Positions 40,977 through 50,710 of a DNA stretch of 64,000 bases are shown one piece after another. The DNA comes from a virus. Its lineage: Duplodnaviria > Caudoviricetes. Where the stretch lies: IMG/VR virus record IMGVR_UViG_3300024246_000001, positions 3,513 to 67,512 of that record; one strand, given 5' to 3'. How positions within the stretch are numbered: the first letter of the stretch is position 1; each line of letters starts with the position of its first letter. A program made the position numbers and the translations under genes. Under the pieces are notes generated by a model. It ran no database searches and had not been told where the DNA came from. It was given only the letters and a program-made list of their open reading frames with translations.

Positions 40977-41915
40977 CTATTGAGTTGCGTCTGCTTCGGT
41001 AGTGCTGCGTGAGAATTGTTCGAGGTCCTGCGCGAACAGCGCAGCGTTCTCGTCGTCCGAGTGCGCGTCGATGACCTTCTTGTCACCGGCCTTGCGCTCG
41101 GCTTCGATGCGGTCGAACACGATGCCGGTCTCGGGCACCGCGGCACCGGAGCGGCCCATTGCGGCGGCTGCGGCCTTGCGGCCCTTTTCGACACCGCGGT
41201 TCTCAGCCGCTGTGATTTCGGCCGCGCGTGCGGCGGTGTCCAATTCGGTGACCTTGGTGCCGTACTCCTCGTTGTATGCCTGCGTGAGTGAGATCGGGTG
41301 CTGCGGGTCGGCGGCGGAGTGCTCGGCCATGATCTCGATGAGGCGGGCCTTGTTCAACGGTTCCTTGAAGCGGGCAAAGTGCTGTGTGGCAAGTTGGCCC
41401 TCCTCAAGCTGGAATTGCATGAACTGGCCCGCGAGCTTCTGCGTGGTCTTGGTTTCAATTTCCGCGCGCAGAGCCTCGATGTCCTTGGTGCGCACCACGT
41501 CGCCTGTTGCTGTCACTGTTTTGCCTCCGCCGATGTTCACTGTCTCGTCGAGTGGTCCGAACTCATCCTCGTATTTCTTGAGGTTGACCAACACTGCGTC
41601 ACGCTCGGCCAGCGCCTTGTCGTAGTCGGCCTTAGCCGTGCCACGCCAAGCCTGGTTGTCGTCGTAAGCCTGTTTGGCCAACTTTTGGGCCTTCTGGGCC
41701 TCGCCCATCGCCCGCGAGTGGTCGGCGCGTCGTCCCACAGCCTGATCTGCCACCGGCGTGACAGCCGCGATCACGTCGGCGAGAGGCACATCCTTGAGTG
41801 CCTCGGTGTCACCGGTCATGAATGCGACCGCGATCTTGATCTGCGGCTCGGTCAGCCCCTTCTCTTTCGCGAGTTCTTCAGCGTATTGCTTGAGTTCGTC
41901 CACCTTGCGTGCCAT
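40977..41915 (-). CDS. capsid scaffolding protein
   Basis: Charged, helical, coiled-coil; immediately upstream of the MCP. Confidence 0.7.
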   Translation of the reverse strand: MARKVDELKQYAEELAKEKGLTEPQIKIAVAFMTGDTEALKDVPLADVIAAVTPVADQAVGRRADHSRAMGEAQKAQKLAKQAYDDNQAWRGTAKADYDKALAERDAVLVNLKKYEDEFGPLDETVNIGGGKTVTATGDVVRTKDIEALRAEIETKTTQKLAGQFMQFQLEEGQLATQHFARFKEPLNKARLIEIMAEHSAADPQHPISLTQAYNEEYGTKVTELDTAARAAEITAAENRGVEKGRKAAAAAMGRSGAAVPETGIVFDRIEAERKAGDKKVIDAHSDDENAALFAQDLEQFSRSTTEADATQ

Positions 41916-42013
41916 CGTCAGAAGCTCCTTTTGCATGCTGAGCGCTGGCCGGCTACCAATCGCACTGGTCCGGGGCGGGCGCTCGTTGCGGTAAGGTACA
42001 TGCGGTTAAGATA

Positions 42014-42083
42014 CAACACTTTTTGTCACCGGTTGACACTTTTCGTCACTGACACTTTTTGTCACTATTGACATTTATTGTCA
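42014..42083. promoter_or_regulatory. four TGACA-N5-TGTCA operator-like boxes
   Basis: 42014-28, 42034-48, 42050-64, 42069-83, upstream of scaffold/MCP. Confidence 0.7.
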
Positions 42084-42500
42084 CCTCATCGGCGGCGGAG
42101 GAGGCGGACCACCCATCCCCATGCTGGGGCCACCACCTCCGCCCGGTGGACCTCCTTGGCCCGGCGGCGGCATCCCGGCGTCCTGCGGGGGCATGCCAGT
42201 CCCGCCCTGGGCCAGATCCGCGAGGCTCCCGGCCATCATGTCGCGTGCCTGGCCGATGACCGGGGCAAAGAGGGCCGCGATGTCGGGCCGGACCTGCGCG
42301 AGGCTGGCGATGCGCTTCTGGATCTCCATCATGTCACCCATCACCGAGGCGATCGGCGAGCCGCCAGCCCCGAGCAGGTGGGCAGCATTGGAGCCACCAG
42401 CAGTAGGCGGCGGCTTGGCGCTCCTCAGCGCCGGCACAGGTGGACCACTGCGCAGCGGGTCGTCTTTGGGGTCGGTGCTGCTCATACCAATATTAAGCAT
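42081..42500 (-). CDS. Pro/Gly-rich hypothetical protein
   Basis: Type of protein commonly seen between portal and scaffold. Confidence 0.6.
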   Translation of the reverse strand: MLNIGMSSTDPKDDPLRSGPPVPALRSAKPPPTAGGSNAAHLLGAGGSPIASVMGDMMEIQKRIASLAQVRPDIAALFAPVIGQARDMMAGSLADLAQGGTGMPPQDAGMPPPGQGGPPGGGGGPSMGMGGPPPPPPMR

Positions 42501-42523
42501 GTCCGTCTCCTATTACTTGCGGC

Positions 42524-44467
42524 TTACCTGATTCTGATCCACGCGCGAATAGCCAGAGTCGTCCCATTGCCGATGCTCGCGGGCCAGCTCGCCTCGGCGC
42601 CGGTAGCGTCGAGTAGTCGCAGGGTCGTACGATTCTGGGTGACGCCGTTAATATTGACCGTACTCACCGACAAGGACTCTCGTACATTCGCGCCGGTCGT
42701 GTTGTCCTCGATACGGAGAATTCCAAATGGCACGGCACCTTGGGCAGCGGTGTCCAGCACAAGCGAGGAGCCAAAGATTCCAGCACCATTCACAAACGCC
42801 ACGTTGCCGGGATCAAGGGTCGGGGTGTTAGCGTAGGCGTTGCTGAAACCATTGATCTTATCGGCCTCGGCCGAGCCGGACTGGTTGATGAGGTCCGAGA
42901 TGATGCGGTGCTGCAACACTCCGCCAGCCGTGCGCGTGACTTGGATTACGAACGACTGGTCGGCACCGAACTTCAGTGTTTCGACGCGGCCCTTGCGGAT
43001 GATCGTGCAATCCGAGACGTTGAGCGCCGGGTTGGCGAAAAACGGTGCGGCGTCGCTGTTCGGGGCCGATATCACTACGTCCTGTGATTGGCCCAGGAAG
43101 TATTGCCCGGCGGTGTTGGCCTCGGTGTAGACCCGGCTGAACTGCGCACCGATGAACGCGGTGTTATTGTCGGCAACCGACACGCAGATCGCTACGAGGC
43201 TATTGAAATCTATCTGTCCGCCATCAACAACCGGGCCGTATAGTCCATCGAAGCGGAGGCCTACGGGATTGCCACGCGACACACAGTCAATGAGGTGATT
43301 GACGTTATTGTTGGTAGCTCGTTCTTCATAGTAACCGGCGCCGAGGCCGATCGCGAAGTCCAACCCAGCGGCTGAGACTTGCGGTTTGTTGTCCGTATTG
43401 ACCATAGCCGTGATCGTGGTGGCGGCTACGGACTCGACCTGGATGACCTGTGGTGAGTTGGGCGCGGTGAAATGGATGCGGATCAGTTCACCACGGCGGA
43501 TGCCAAGCGTGGTGAGGTCTGGTGCGCCGGCGAAGGTGATAGTGGCGTTGCCGGCGATGGTCGTGCAAGTCCCGGCGATGACGGTACGCACGCCTGACGT
43601 ATAACCCGCGATGACGCCCGTCGTGGCGCGCAGAGTCCCGTTGCCGACAAAGAAGCAGCGCGTGAAGGTGTTCGTGTCGTTGAGGTTTGGGTCTGTGCCT
43701 AAATGGAGCCCGTCCGTAATGCCATTGAGGAAGTTGCAGTCCTCCGCCGAGCTCCACGTGAACCCGTTGAGGTAGACCGCATAGGTGCCCAGCCGGTTGG
43801 CGTCGAACGTGATGCCTGATATTTTCACCCGGTAAGCATTTGTGGTGGTCAGGCAGGAGCGCGCCGAGCCGGTCAGCTTGAAGCGCGTGCCTTGGGCCAC
43901 GTCGTACTTGCCTGGGATGCCGTGCAGGATCTCGCCGTGGGCAGTGGCCGGGACGGAGAGTTCGGCCGACAGGAGATATTCCGCGTCCGGTGGGACGATC
44001 GTGATCCCGAGGGGGGAATTCGCGTTGATGAGCGTCTGGATGGTCGCGAAATCGTCCCCGCCGGAAGGGGGTGGTGGAATAGCTATGTTGGCCCCGCTGC
44101 CGCCGCCGCTGCCACTGCCGAACGAGGTCTGAGTCCACGGTATTGGGATGCCCGCGCCGGAGAAGCGCACGTCATAGGTGGGTGAGTCGCCATAGAAAGA
44201 CAGGAATGCCACCGCGTCAGTCGTGCATGGGCATACTTTGGGCGTGCCGGCGAGATCACTGAAGATGGTGGCTGGGGTAGAGGTGCCAGCGTTGAACACG
44301 TCGTATTGCGCTAGGGGGTAGGACGCCATGCCGCTGGCCGACGAGCCAGACAGGGTGGTCATGAAGGTCTGCCCACCACGGGTGGCATAGCCTTGGAATT
44401 TGGTGCGCGCCCACAGGGGGGTGGCCACCAGCAGGAGAACTGTGAGTAAAAGCGCCTTAATTCTCAT
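42524..44467 (-). CDS. tailspike-like right-handed beta-helix protein with signal peptide
   Basis: SGGDDFATIQTLIN...Y.L... pectate-lyase-3-like start; Asn ladders; N-terminal MRIKALLLTVLLLVATPLWA. Confidence 0.7.
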   Translation of the reverse strand: MRIKALLLTVLLLVATPLWARTKFQGYATRGGQTFMTTLSGSSASGMASYPLAQYDVFNAGTSTPATIFSDLAGTPKVCPCTTDAVAFLSFYGDSPTYDVRFSGAGIPIPWTQTSFGSGSGGGSGANIAIPPPPSGGDDFATIQTLINANSPLGITIVPPDAEYLLSAELSVPATAHGEILHGIPGKYDVAQGTRFKLTGSARSCLTTTNAYRVKISGITFDANRLGTYAVYLNGFTWSSAEDCNFLNGITDGLHLGTDPNLNDTNTFTRCFFVGNGTLRATTGVIAGYTSGVRTVIAGTCTTIAGNATITFAGAPDLTTLGIRRGELIRIHFTAPNSPQVIQVESVAATTITAMVNTDNKPQVSAAGLDFAIGLGAGYYEERATNNNVNHLIDCVSRGNPVGLRFDGLYGPVVDGGQIDFNSLVAICVSVADNNTAFIGAQFSRVYTEANTAGQYFLGQSQDVVISAPNSDAAPFFANPALNVSDCTIIRKGRVETLKFGADQSFVIQVTRTAGGVLQHRIISDLINQSGSAEADKINGFSNAYANTPTLDPGNVAFVNGAGIFGSSLVLDTAAQGAVPFGILRIEDNTTGANVRESLSVSTVNINGVTQNRTTLRLLDATGAEASWPASIGNGTTLAIRAWIRIR

Positions 44468-44477
44468 AGGCAATTTG

Positions 44478-46724
44478 CTACCTCATCCTGCGGCAACGAA
44501 TTGTGCCACCTACCTTGATTGTCGAGACAGTGAAAGTCGCCTGCGAAACGAGGAATACTGGCGTCGACCCAGAAGCGCTGATTCGCACTGTAGGAACAAC
44601 CCATGTTGCTACTGCGGAGCCGGTCGGCACTATGGCCGAGGTCTCATAGTCGAAGTACGAGTCCTGTGCCGGGAGTGTTGCCGTCGTCGTGCTGATCCCA
44701 CCTGCTAGGTTCGTGATCGAAGTCGTCGCCCCGAAGGTGAAGTTCACGACGCCGGTACAGTCCCAATCTCCAGCGGTCAATGTGATGTTCGTGTTCGTTC
44801 CGACGTTCGCGGTGCTGCCGGTCGAGAGCGAGGTTGTGTTCGCCGCGACGGTTCCGGAGATCAGTTCGCCAACGTCACCAGCAGTCGCTGAGTCGTTCGT
44901 CTGGGAACCACGTAGCGAAACCGCTTGCGTCGATCCGCTGATCGTAAGCGCCCGCGTGCCGCCCGTTCCCATAATGACCGGATTAGCGCCGGTAGTGTCG
45001 ATGAGTAGACCGTTACCTGTCGATTGAAAAAGTTCTACCCAGTTCGCCAGCGTGACTCCGAGACGAGTAGCCGTTCGTCCAGCTTGGTGTGCTTGCAGTC
45101 TCCCAAGCACCGTCGCTCCGCCTAAAACCTCGAAGGCCGAGAGGGAACCAGTGTCCGTCGCGTCAGGATTCGAGGCGCGGATGATCGTCGCACCGTTGAA
45201 ATTGTCCGTAGCAACCAACATTTCCCCGGCCACTGCGGACGGCGCCGCACCAACACCGGCGTTGCCTGAAGTCTGGACCGTTGTCGCGGTAGGAGCGCCG
45301 AGAGCTGGAGCCGTGAAATTAATATCCCCATCAACCACCACACCGAATGCTGGATTGCCCGCCGCATTACCGTGCAGCACAGTAGTCGTCGTCCCTTGAT
45401 TGGCATGTTGCGCGCTAGCGAGCGTATCTGTAGTGCATGTGGGGACAAGAGATGTCGATACAGCACTCACGAATTGATTAGTACATGTTGCACCGGCGCC
45501 GGGGATAGTTACTGTCCCGCCGCTGGTGAATGTCACGCGCGGCGTGTAACCACCAGCGTTGATCTGTGAAGAGAACACTAGATTGGATGAGGGGTCAGCC
45601 GCTCCTTGAACAGGCTGGACTTCGGCGATCCAATCCACCGCTTCGCTCTGCGCAACTGCGTTTGTGCGCCAGCCCTGAGCGGTGAAGCGCAGGCGCGGGG
45701 ACCATTGTTGAGCCCCGGCGGACGCTGTACCATTAGTGGTTAGGATAACGGCATCCGTGGAAGTGGCGGCGATAGCGTTTATCTGTTGGATCTGCGTCCC
45801 GGTTCCATGCCATCCTGAAGAGTCAAACCAACCGACGGTAGTATTCGCGGTAACACCTAGCTGACCGGCGCCGCGGCGGAACAAGCCGAGGGTAGGTTCG
45901 GAGGTAAAACCGAAAGCGGCCGGGTTGACCCCACCGTCGCCAGCCTGCACGTCGCTTGTAGCAACTAGATTGTGCGTGGCGGTGGCATCACCGCTGTTCG
46001 CAATCGTAAACCGAGTGTCAATGGCCGTCGAGGTGGATGGAGCGGCAGTGGTGAGGGCAGCATCAGCTACGTTATCGGTGAAAGTAGTGGCAGTGTTGTT
46101 GGCGATCGTCGTGACGAGCTTCCACGCACCTGTGTCTCCGGCAACAGTGCGGTAGAGTTTGCGCGAAGTAACAAAGATATTGCCAGTAGCTATGTTCGTC
46201 ACCGCCACCTGACCGTTCACCGCATCGTCGGCAACGGTTACCACATTCGACTTGGTGGAGGGTACGGACTCCCCGCCCGCAGTGACGAAAGTGACCTTAT
46301 AGGAGTGTGTGCCCACCTCGACCAAGCCAGCCCCAGCCCCGGCTAATGCTCCCATGGGCGCGGTGGGTGCGGCCGTAGAGGCTTTGGTCAGCAAGTCCGT
46401 GCTCGCGGCCAAGCCCAACACACCCACCGAATCGAGATACATCCCATTCGTAGTGGAATTGGTGAACGAATAAGATGGTGCGGCGGTAGTTCCATTCGGG
46501 GCGAGCAGGGGGTAGGTGGGTATGCCCGTGCTGAGCGCCGTCCACGTGTTGGCCGCCGAACATATTTTGAGCGCGGCCGTATCGCTGCGGTAGAAGATGT
46601 TAATTGAGGTTGGCAGGCAAGTTGTGGGGTCGACTGTGCCATTGCGGATAGACACGGCGGGCTGCTGGGCCTGCAATTGACTGGCCACCAACACTAGTGT
46701 GATTAAAAGTAGTAGTTTGCGCAT
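44478..46724 (-). CDS. tail-fibre-like protein with signal peptide
   Basis: APSYSFT..T..G.Y, GS.TND.A.AGDVGE and TP.FLV.QATF...GGTIRCRRMR phage fibre motifs; N-terminal MRKLLLLITLVLVASQLQA. Confidence 0.7.
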   Translation of the reverse strand: MRKLLLLITLVLVASQLQAQQPAVSIRNGTVDPTTCLPTSINIFYRSDTAALKICSAANTWTALSTGIPTYPLLAPNGTTAAPSYSFTNSTTNGMYLDSVGVLGLAASTDLLTKASTAAPTAPMGALAGAGAGLVEVGTHSYKVTFVTAGGESVPSTKSNVVTVADDAVNGQVAVTNIATGNIFVTSRKLYRTVAGDTGAWKLVTTIANNTATTFTDNVADAALTTAAPSTSTAIDTRFTIANSGDATATHNLVATSDVQAGDGGVNPAAFGFTSEPTLGLFRRGAGQLGVTANTTVGWFDSSGWHGTGTQIQQINAIAATSTDAVILTTNGTASAGAQQWSPRLRFTAQGWRTNAVAQSEAVDWIAEVQPVQGAADPSSNLVFSSQINAGGYTPRVTFTSGGTVTIPGAGATCTNQFVSAVSTSLVPTCTTDTLASAQHANQGTTTTVLHGNAAGNPAFGVVVDGDINFTAPALGAPTATTVQTSGNAGVGAAPSAVAGEMLVATDNFNGATIIRASNPDATDTGSLSAFEVLGGATVLGRLQAHQAGRTATRLGVTLANWVELFQSTGNGLLIDTTGANPVIMGTGGTRALTISGSTQAVSLRGSQTNDSATAGDVGELISGTVAANTTSLSTGSTANVGTNTNITLTAGDWDCTGVVNFTFGATTSITNLAGGISTTTATLPAQDSYFDYETSAIVPTGSAVATWVVPTVRISASGSTPVFLVSQATFTVSTIKVGGTIRCRRMR

Positions 46725-47137
46725 TATAGTGGTCCGTAGTGGATCTGGAAGATGTCACCGGTCTTGCCGGATATGGCGGTCGTGCGGAAGTCATACAGTC
46801 CCACCCCACCACTGCCAGGAAAATCTACATATAGACCCGGCAACAGGATGCTGCCGTGCGCCGTGGCAATCACATTGGAGGTCTTGAAATTGGCCGCTAT
46901 GTCGGTAGACTCAAAGCCTATGCGGGCCGGGTTGTGCGTGGCGTCCCCGGCGTTGTTGCCGCCTTCGGCGTGGACGCGCAGCCACAGGTGCCGGGAACGT
47001 AGCTTGCGCGCGTCATGCGAAGATGGGTTGACATCATCCGCGTCAAGGATCTGCGGTATAGCGGTGCCGAGTGTGGCAAGATAGGTGATCGACTTCGGCA
47101 CGTAGTCGGCGTCGAGGACAACAGTGAGCGTACGCAT
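46724..47137 (-). CDS. hypothetical virion protein
   Basis: RBS AAGGAG; TAATG coupling to the fibre gene. Confidence 0.6.
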   Translation of the reverse strand: MRTLTVVLDADYVPKSITYLATLGTAIPQILDADDVNPSSHDARKLRSRHLWLRVHAEGGNNAGDATHNPARIGFESTDIAANFKTSNVIATAHGSILLPGLYVDFPGSGGVGLYDFRTTAISGKTGDIFQIHYGPL

Positions 47138-47151
47138 GATGGGGGTTCTCC

Positions 47152-49266
47152 TTATGACTCGGCTACTGCCCCGGAGGGCGTGAAAGATGGTGGGGCCTGT
47201 GCTGTGGGCGGGTGTCCTGCTGTCGAAGCAAGGATGCCCAGACCGAGGATCTTCTCGGCCTGCAAGCGCGAGGTGATGTCGGTGGCCCACGAGGGCGGCT
47301 TGCCCACGTTCGGGACGCCCCACACTTCGAGCAGGGTCCAGTGGTCGATGAGGCCCATGCGTGCGCCTTGCAGGTAGAACATGCGTTTTGATGTGGTGGC
47401 CACGTCAAGGAGGGTGCCCTCGGCCACGTCGAAATTGAAGTATTGGAGGAACTGCTTGTTGCGCACGTGTTCGGGGTCCGGGCCGCGCTCCCACGCCTCG
47501 GGCTTGAGCCGATGCACACGCTTAGTGCGTGGTGACTTATGCACAATTGGGTTGCCATAGGCATCAGCAAGCCCTGTCTGTATCTCGTCATACTCGCCCG
47601 TAGGCGAATCGAAGCTCTCGTAGTCCTCGTCCTTGATGAAGTCCGGCATGAGGTCGCCCGACTTGTAGTCCCAGTCTTCCCAAGTCATGCCGTCCGCACC
47701 GAGGAGCCTGAGCCGCAATTCGAGTGGGTAGAACTGCATGAACATGCTGGCGAGCATCATGGCGAACTCGCGGATGAACACTTCGAGGGATCGCGAGCGG
47801 GCGCGCACCAGAGGCGTCATGGCTTGGATGAGTTGCTCGATGGTGTCGCCCGAGGGCATCTGGTTGAGTTCGGCCAGGCCGCGCAGATTCGCGACGCCGG
47901 AGAGCTCGTCCATCGAGTCGAGCAGGAACTTGAGGTGCTCGGGGATCGCGGCGTCGAGCGGGGGCTCAGGGACGATCTGGAACGCCTTGCCGGGCTCCAG
48001 CCCGGGGTTGACACCCAATTGCATGCCGGACAAGCGTGTGTTGAACCCCTTGGCCAAATTGGGGCTGATGGCCTTCTTGTCGTAGATGAAGTTGCGCTTG
48101 GCCGCCCGGCGGATGTGGTCCTGGATCGCGCGCAAGTTCTCGTCGACATCCCGCTGCAAACTGAGCAGCGGGTGGATTGGGGATGTCCCCCACCTTGCCC
48201 AGGCCCAGGTGTCAAGGGTAACCTTGCACACCGGGAGCATACCGTGGTGGAAGTGGCCCGGGCCGTCCTCCAGGATGCCGTAGCGGGTGGCCACGATGCG
48301 CCGGCCGAATGGATAGAGCCGCTTGCCGGGCTCCGCGAGGTAACTCCACGGCGAGGCTGGGATGCGCTGGCCCGGCTCATCCGGGTCGTCCGCCCATGGA
48401 CCCATCTCCTTGGCCACCTTCGACTCGTTCACGCTGAAATCATGTAGGTAGACTGTGAACTCGTCGGTCACCGGGATCTTACCGCCGATGGCCTGTGCTG
48501 GCGCCCCGCCGAAGAGGGCCGCGTTCGGGGCGCCTTCCGACATGAGGGCCTCCTCGGCCTCGCGCAGCCGGCGCGCGCTCGGGGACTCCTTCTCATACCC
48601 ATACCTGTCGATCTTGAGGTTCTTGACCGCGTCCTTGCCGTACACGCGCTCGAAGTAGTCGATCGGCCGCTCCCGGCGCACCCACGCCCCGCGGGCGTTC
48701 TGCACGCTGCGCTTGTCCCCGCCTTGGAAGCGGATCATGCCGCAGTCGCGCGGGTCCTCGGCCACCGCGTCGATGTCGCCCTGCGTGGTGATGCCAGTGT
48801 CGAGGTCACGCGGCCCCAAGGCGTCAGGGTTGTAGAACATGTGGATGTAGCCGGTGCCTGCCACGAGCACGTAATCTATGGAGTCGCGGAACACCTGGTC
48901 GATCCCGCGCCGCAGGAACCACGATTTGGAGAGCTTGCCGAAGATGTCGGCTTGGCGCTGGTAGCGGTCGGCGTTCGTCGAGTAGGTCCAGAAGGGCTTG
49001 ATGTCGGTGAGGAGGGCACGGAGTTCGAGGGCGATGGTCTGGAGCTTGTTGAACCGGCCGCGCGAGAGCTTCGGGGAGCGGATGCGTGGCTCGTCGATGC
49101 CCATGATGGCGTCGATGGACTCGCCGATGTGGTCGTAGGAGTGCTCGGCCTTGTTGGCGGACACGCCCTCCTGGATGGCGTGGCCGATCCAGTCCATGAC
49201 CTCCTGCTCGTGTTCGGCAAGGCCCGGATTACTTGGAGCTACTGACCGCGGATTACGTCTTGCCAC
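47152..49266 (-). CDS. portal protein (P22-like)
   Basis: 704 aa after the terminase; D..VAGTGY.H..Y, RR.VAT.YGIL.DGP..F.HG..P, D.LSGV..L.G motifs. Confidence 0.8.
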   Translation of the reverse strand: MARRNPRSVAPSNPGLAEHEQEVMDWIGHAIQEGVSANKAEHSYDHIGESIDAIMGIDEPRIRSPKLSRGRFNKLQTIALELRALLTDIKPFWTYSTNADRYQRQADIFGKLSKSWFLRRGIDQVFRDSIDYVLVAGTGYIHMFYNPDALGPRDLDTGITTQGDIDAVAEDPRDCGMIRFQGGDKRSVQNARGAWVRRERPIDYFERVYGKDAVKNLKIDRYGYEKESPSARRLREAEEALMSEGAPNAALFGGAPAQAIGGKIPVTDEFTVYLHDFSVNESKVAKEMGPWADDPDEPGQRIPASPWSYLAEPGKRLYPFGRRIVATRYGILEDGPGHFHHGMLPVCKVTLDTWAWARWGTSPIHPLLSLQRDVDENLRAIQDHIRRAAKRNFIYDKKAISPNLAKGFNTRLSGMQLGVNPGLEPGKAFQIVPEPPLDAAIPEHLKFLLDSMDELSGVANLRGLAELNQMPSGDTIEQLIQAMTPLVRARSRSLEVFIREFAMMLASMFMQFYPLELRLRLLGADGMTWEDWDYKSGDLMPDFIKDEDYESFDSPTGEYDEIQTGLADAYGNPIVHKSPRTKRVHRLKPEAWERGPDPEHVRNKQFLQYFNFDVAEGTLLDVATTSKRMFYLQGARMGLIDHWTLLEVWGVPNVGKPPSWATDITSRLQAEKILGLGILASTAGHPPTAQAPPSFTPSGAVAES

Positions 49267-49296
49267 CCACCACCCACCCTCCCAGCAAATTGTGTG

Positions 49297-49860
49297 CTAC
49301 GTGTCCTTGGTCATGTCGTCCGAGTACTCGGCCCGCTCACGTGCTTGGCGGGTCGGCTCGTCGAAGTGGCCCATCTCATTATACGCCATGTTGCCGGTCT
49401 GGGCTGAGCGCACCGCCTCAAGCCGGTCAAGCTGGGCGAGGTTGGAGGCCTCGACCACCATGTAGCCTGCCCGCTTGTACCGCTCGGGCATGGGGGCGCC
49501 ACGGTAGCCCGGCGGGGCCACGCGAGTGCCATCCGGGCTGAGCCAGGCGTAGAAGCGTTCGGCTTCGGGAATCTGGGCGAACTCGCGGAAGGTGGAGGTG
49601 GTCGGGTCGGTGAGGGGGTCACCGATGAGCGGGCAACCTTCCTGTGGGCACTTCGGCACGGGGAGCCATTTGTGGTCCGGTGGCCCATCAGGTCGGACCT
49701 CTTTACCGTGAACATAATCATATTGGCGATTGGTGCGATAGAACTCTTCATACTCTTCACTGCTGGCCTTGCGCACAGACCTACACGCGGCACGGAACTC
49801 ATGTCCGGCCGGGCACCGGAATTGGCGGAACTGGATGCGCGTGCGGGCGGCGTCAGCCAC
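49297..49860 (-). CDS. Zn-ribbon (FmdB-like) protein
   Basis: F.CPAGHEF...CPQEGC; position between terminase and portal. Confidence 0.55.
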   Translation of the reverse strand: MADAARTRIQFRQFRCPAGHEFRAACRSVRKASSEEYEEFYRTNRQYDYVHGKEVRPDGPPDHKWLPVPKCPQEGCPLIGDPLTDPTTSTFREFAQIPEAERFYAWLSPDGTRVAPPGYRGAPMPERYKRAGYMVVEASNLAQLDRLEAVRSAQTGNMAYNEMGHFDEPTRQARERAEYSDDMTKDT

Positions 49861-50113
49861 ACCGCCTCCGCATCTCTTTCCACGCTCCGTACGGCCCGAG
49901 ATAGAGCGCACCCTCTGGCGACTCCCAAATGGTTGCGCTCTTTCGATGTGTCTTCCACCCCGCCGCAGCCAATTCGCGCTTCCACAGTTCTACGTTCTGA
50001 TAAAGACGATCACCGGCAGCGTTCACTAATTGGTGGAGTGCGTCCTTCGTCTCGGCGTTCATATTCGGGTAGTCGGAACGGTAGGCTGTGAATGCATAGC
50101 GTGGTGGCGTCAT
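49853..50113 (-). CDS. hypothetical protein
   Basis: TAATG coupling. Confidence 0.5.
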   Translation of the reverse strand: MTPPRYAFTAYRSDYPNMNAETKDALHQLVNAAGDRLYQNVELWKRELAAAGWKTHRKSATIWESPEGALYLGPYGAWKEMRRRCG

Positions 50114-50283
50114 TAGTAGAACACCTCGAATTTGGCGCCCTTGCGTTCATAATAACCAATCACCACGCTGCTTGGCTTACCCAGTGTCCACTTAGCTATT
50201 GGTGGTGCCTGCACCACTACACCACGTTCACACCAAATGCCGGAGGTGGCATAGGCCAGCGAAATCCAGTACCCATAATTCAT
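50113..50283 (-). CDS. hypothetical protein
   Basis: ATGA and TAATG coupling. Confidence 0.5.
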   Translation of the reverse strand: MNYGYWISLAYATSGIWCERGVVVQAPPIAKWTLGKPSSVVIGYYERKGAKFEVFY

Positions 50284-50693
50284 GCCCGGAACTTCTCCGA
50301 CACCGCATCCGCGATCATCTGCGGGGCCACTTCCTCGACCGGCTTGCACAGCGATTTTGCCGCCCACGCGATCTGCTCCAGCACCGCCGGGCGCAGCTCG
50401 ACGCGATGGCCACCGACGTGCAGGCTCACGAGGCGCCGCAGCATGTCGAGGAGCTTGGCTTGGCCGTCCACGCGACCACCGAGCAGGCGGCGGATTTCGG
50501 CATCGCCCGCCTTGTCGATCATATAGGCCATCTCGCCAAGCACGAGCCCCACACCGATGGCACCCACAACTACTTCTTCAAGGTTGGCGCCGGCACCCTC
50601 CAGTTCCACCAACTGCTTATAAAGCTGTGCTGGGATAGTCAGACGCATTGTGACAGACGGTTCGACTGTGGCAACGGGTACGGTGTTTGACAT
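50280..50693 (-). CDS. RHH-like hypothetical protein
   Basis: RBS GAGGAGG; MRLTIPAQLYKQL. Confidence 0.6.
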   Translation of the reverse strand: MSNTVPVATVEPSVTMRLTIPAQLYKQLVELEGAGANLEEVVVGAIGVGLVLGEMAYMIDKAGDAEIRRLLGGRVDGQAKLLDMLRRLVSLHVGGHRVELRPAVLEQIAWAAKSLCKPVEEVAPQMIADAVSEKFRA

Positions 50694-50710
50694 GGTGACA
50701 GTATACCTCC

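Noticed and set aside
42014-42083. Repeats as a mini-CRISPR array
   Set aside because: 15-bp palindromes with 1-5-bp gaps and no spacers; they fit operators.
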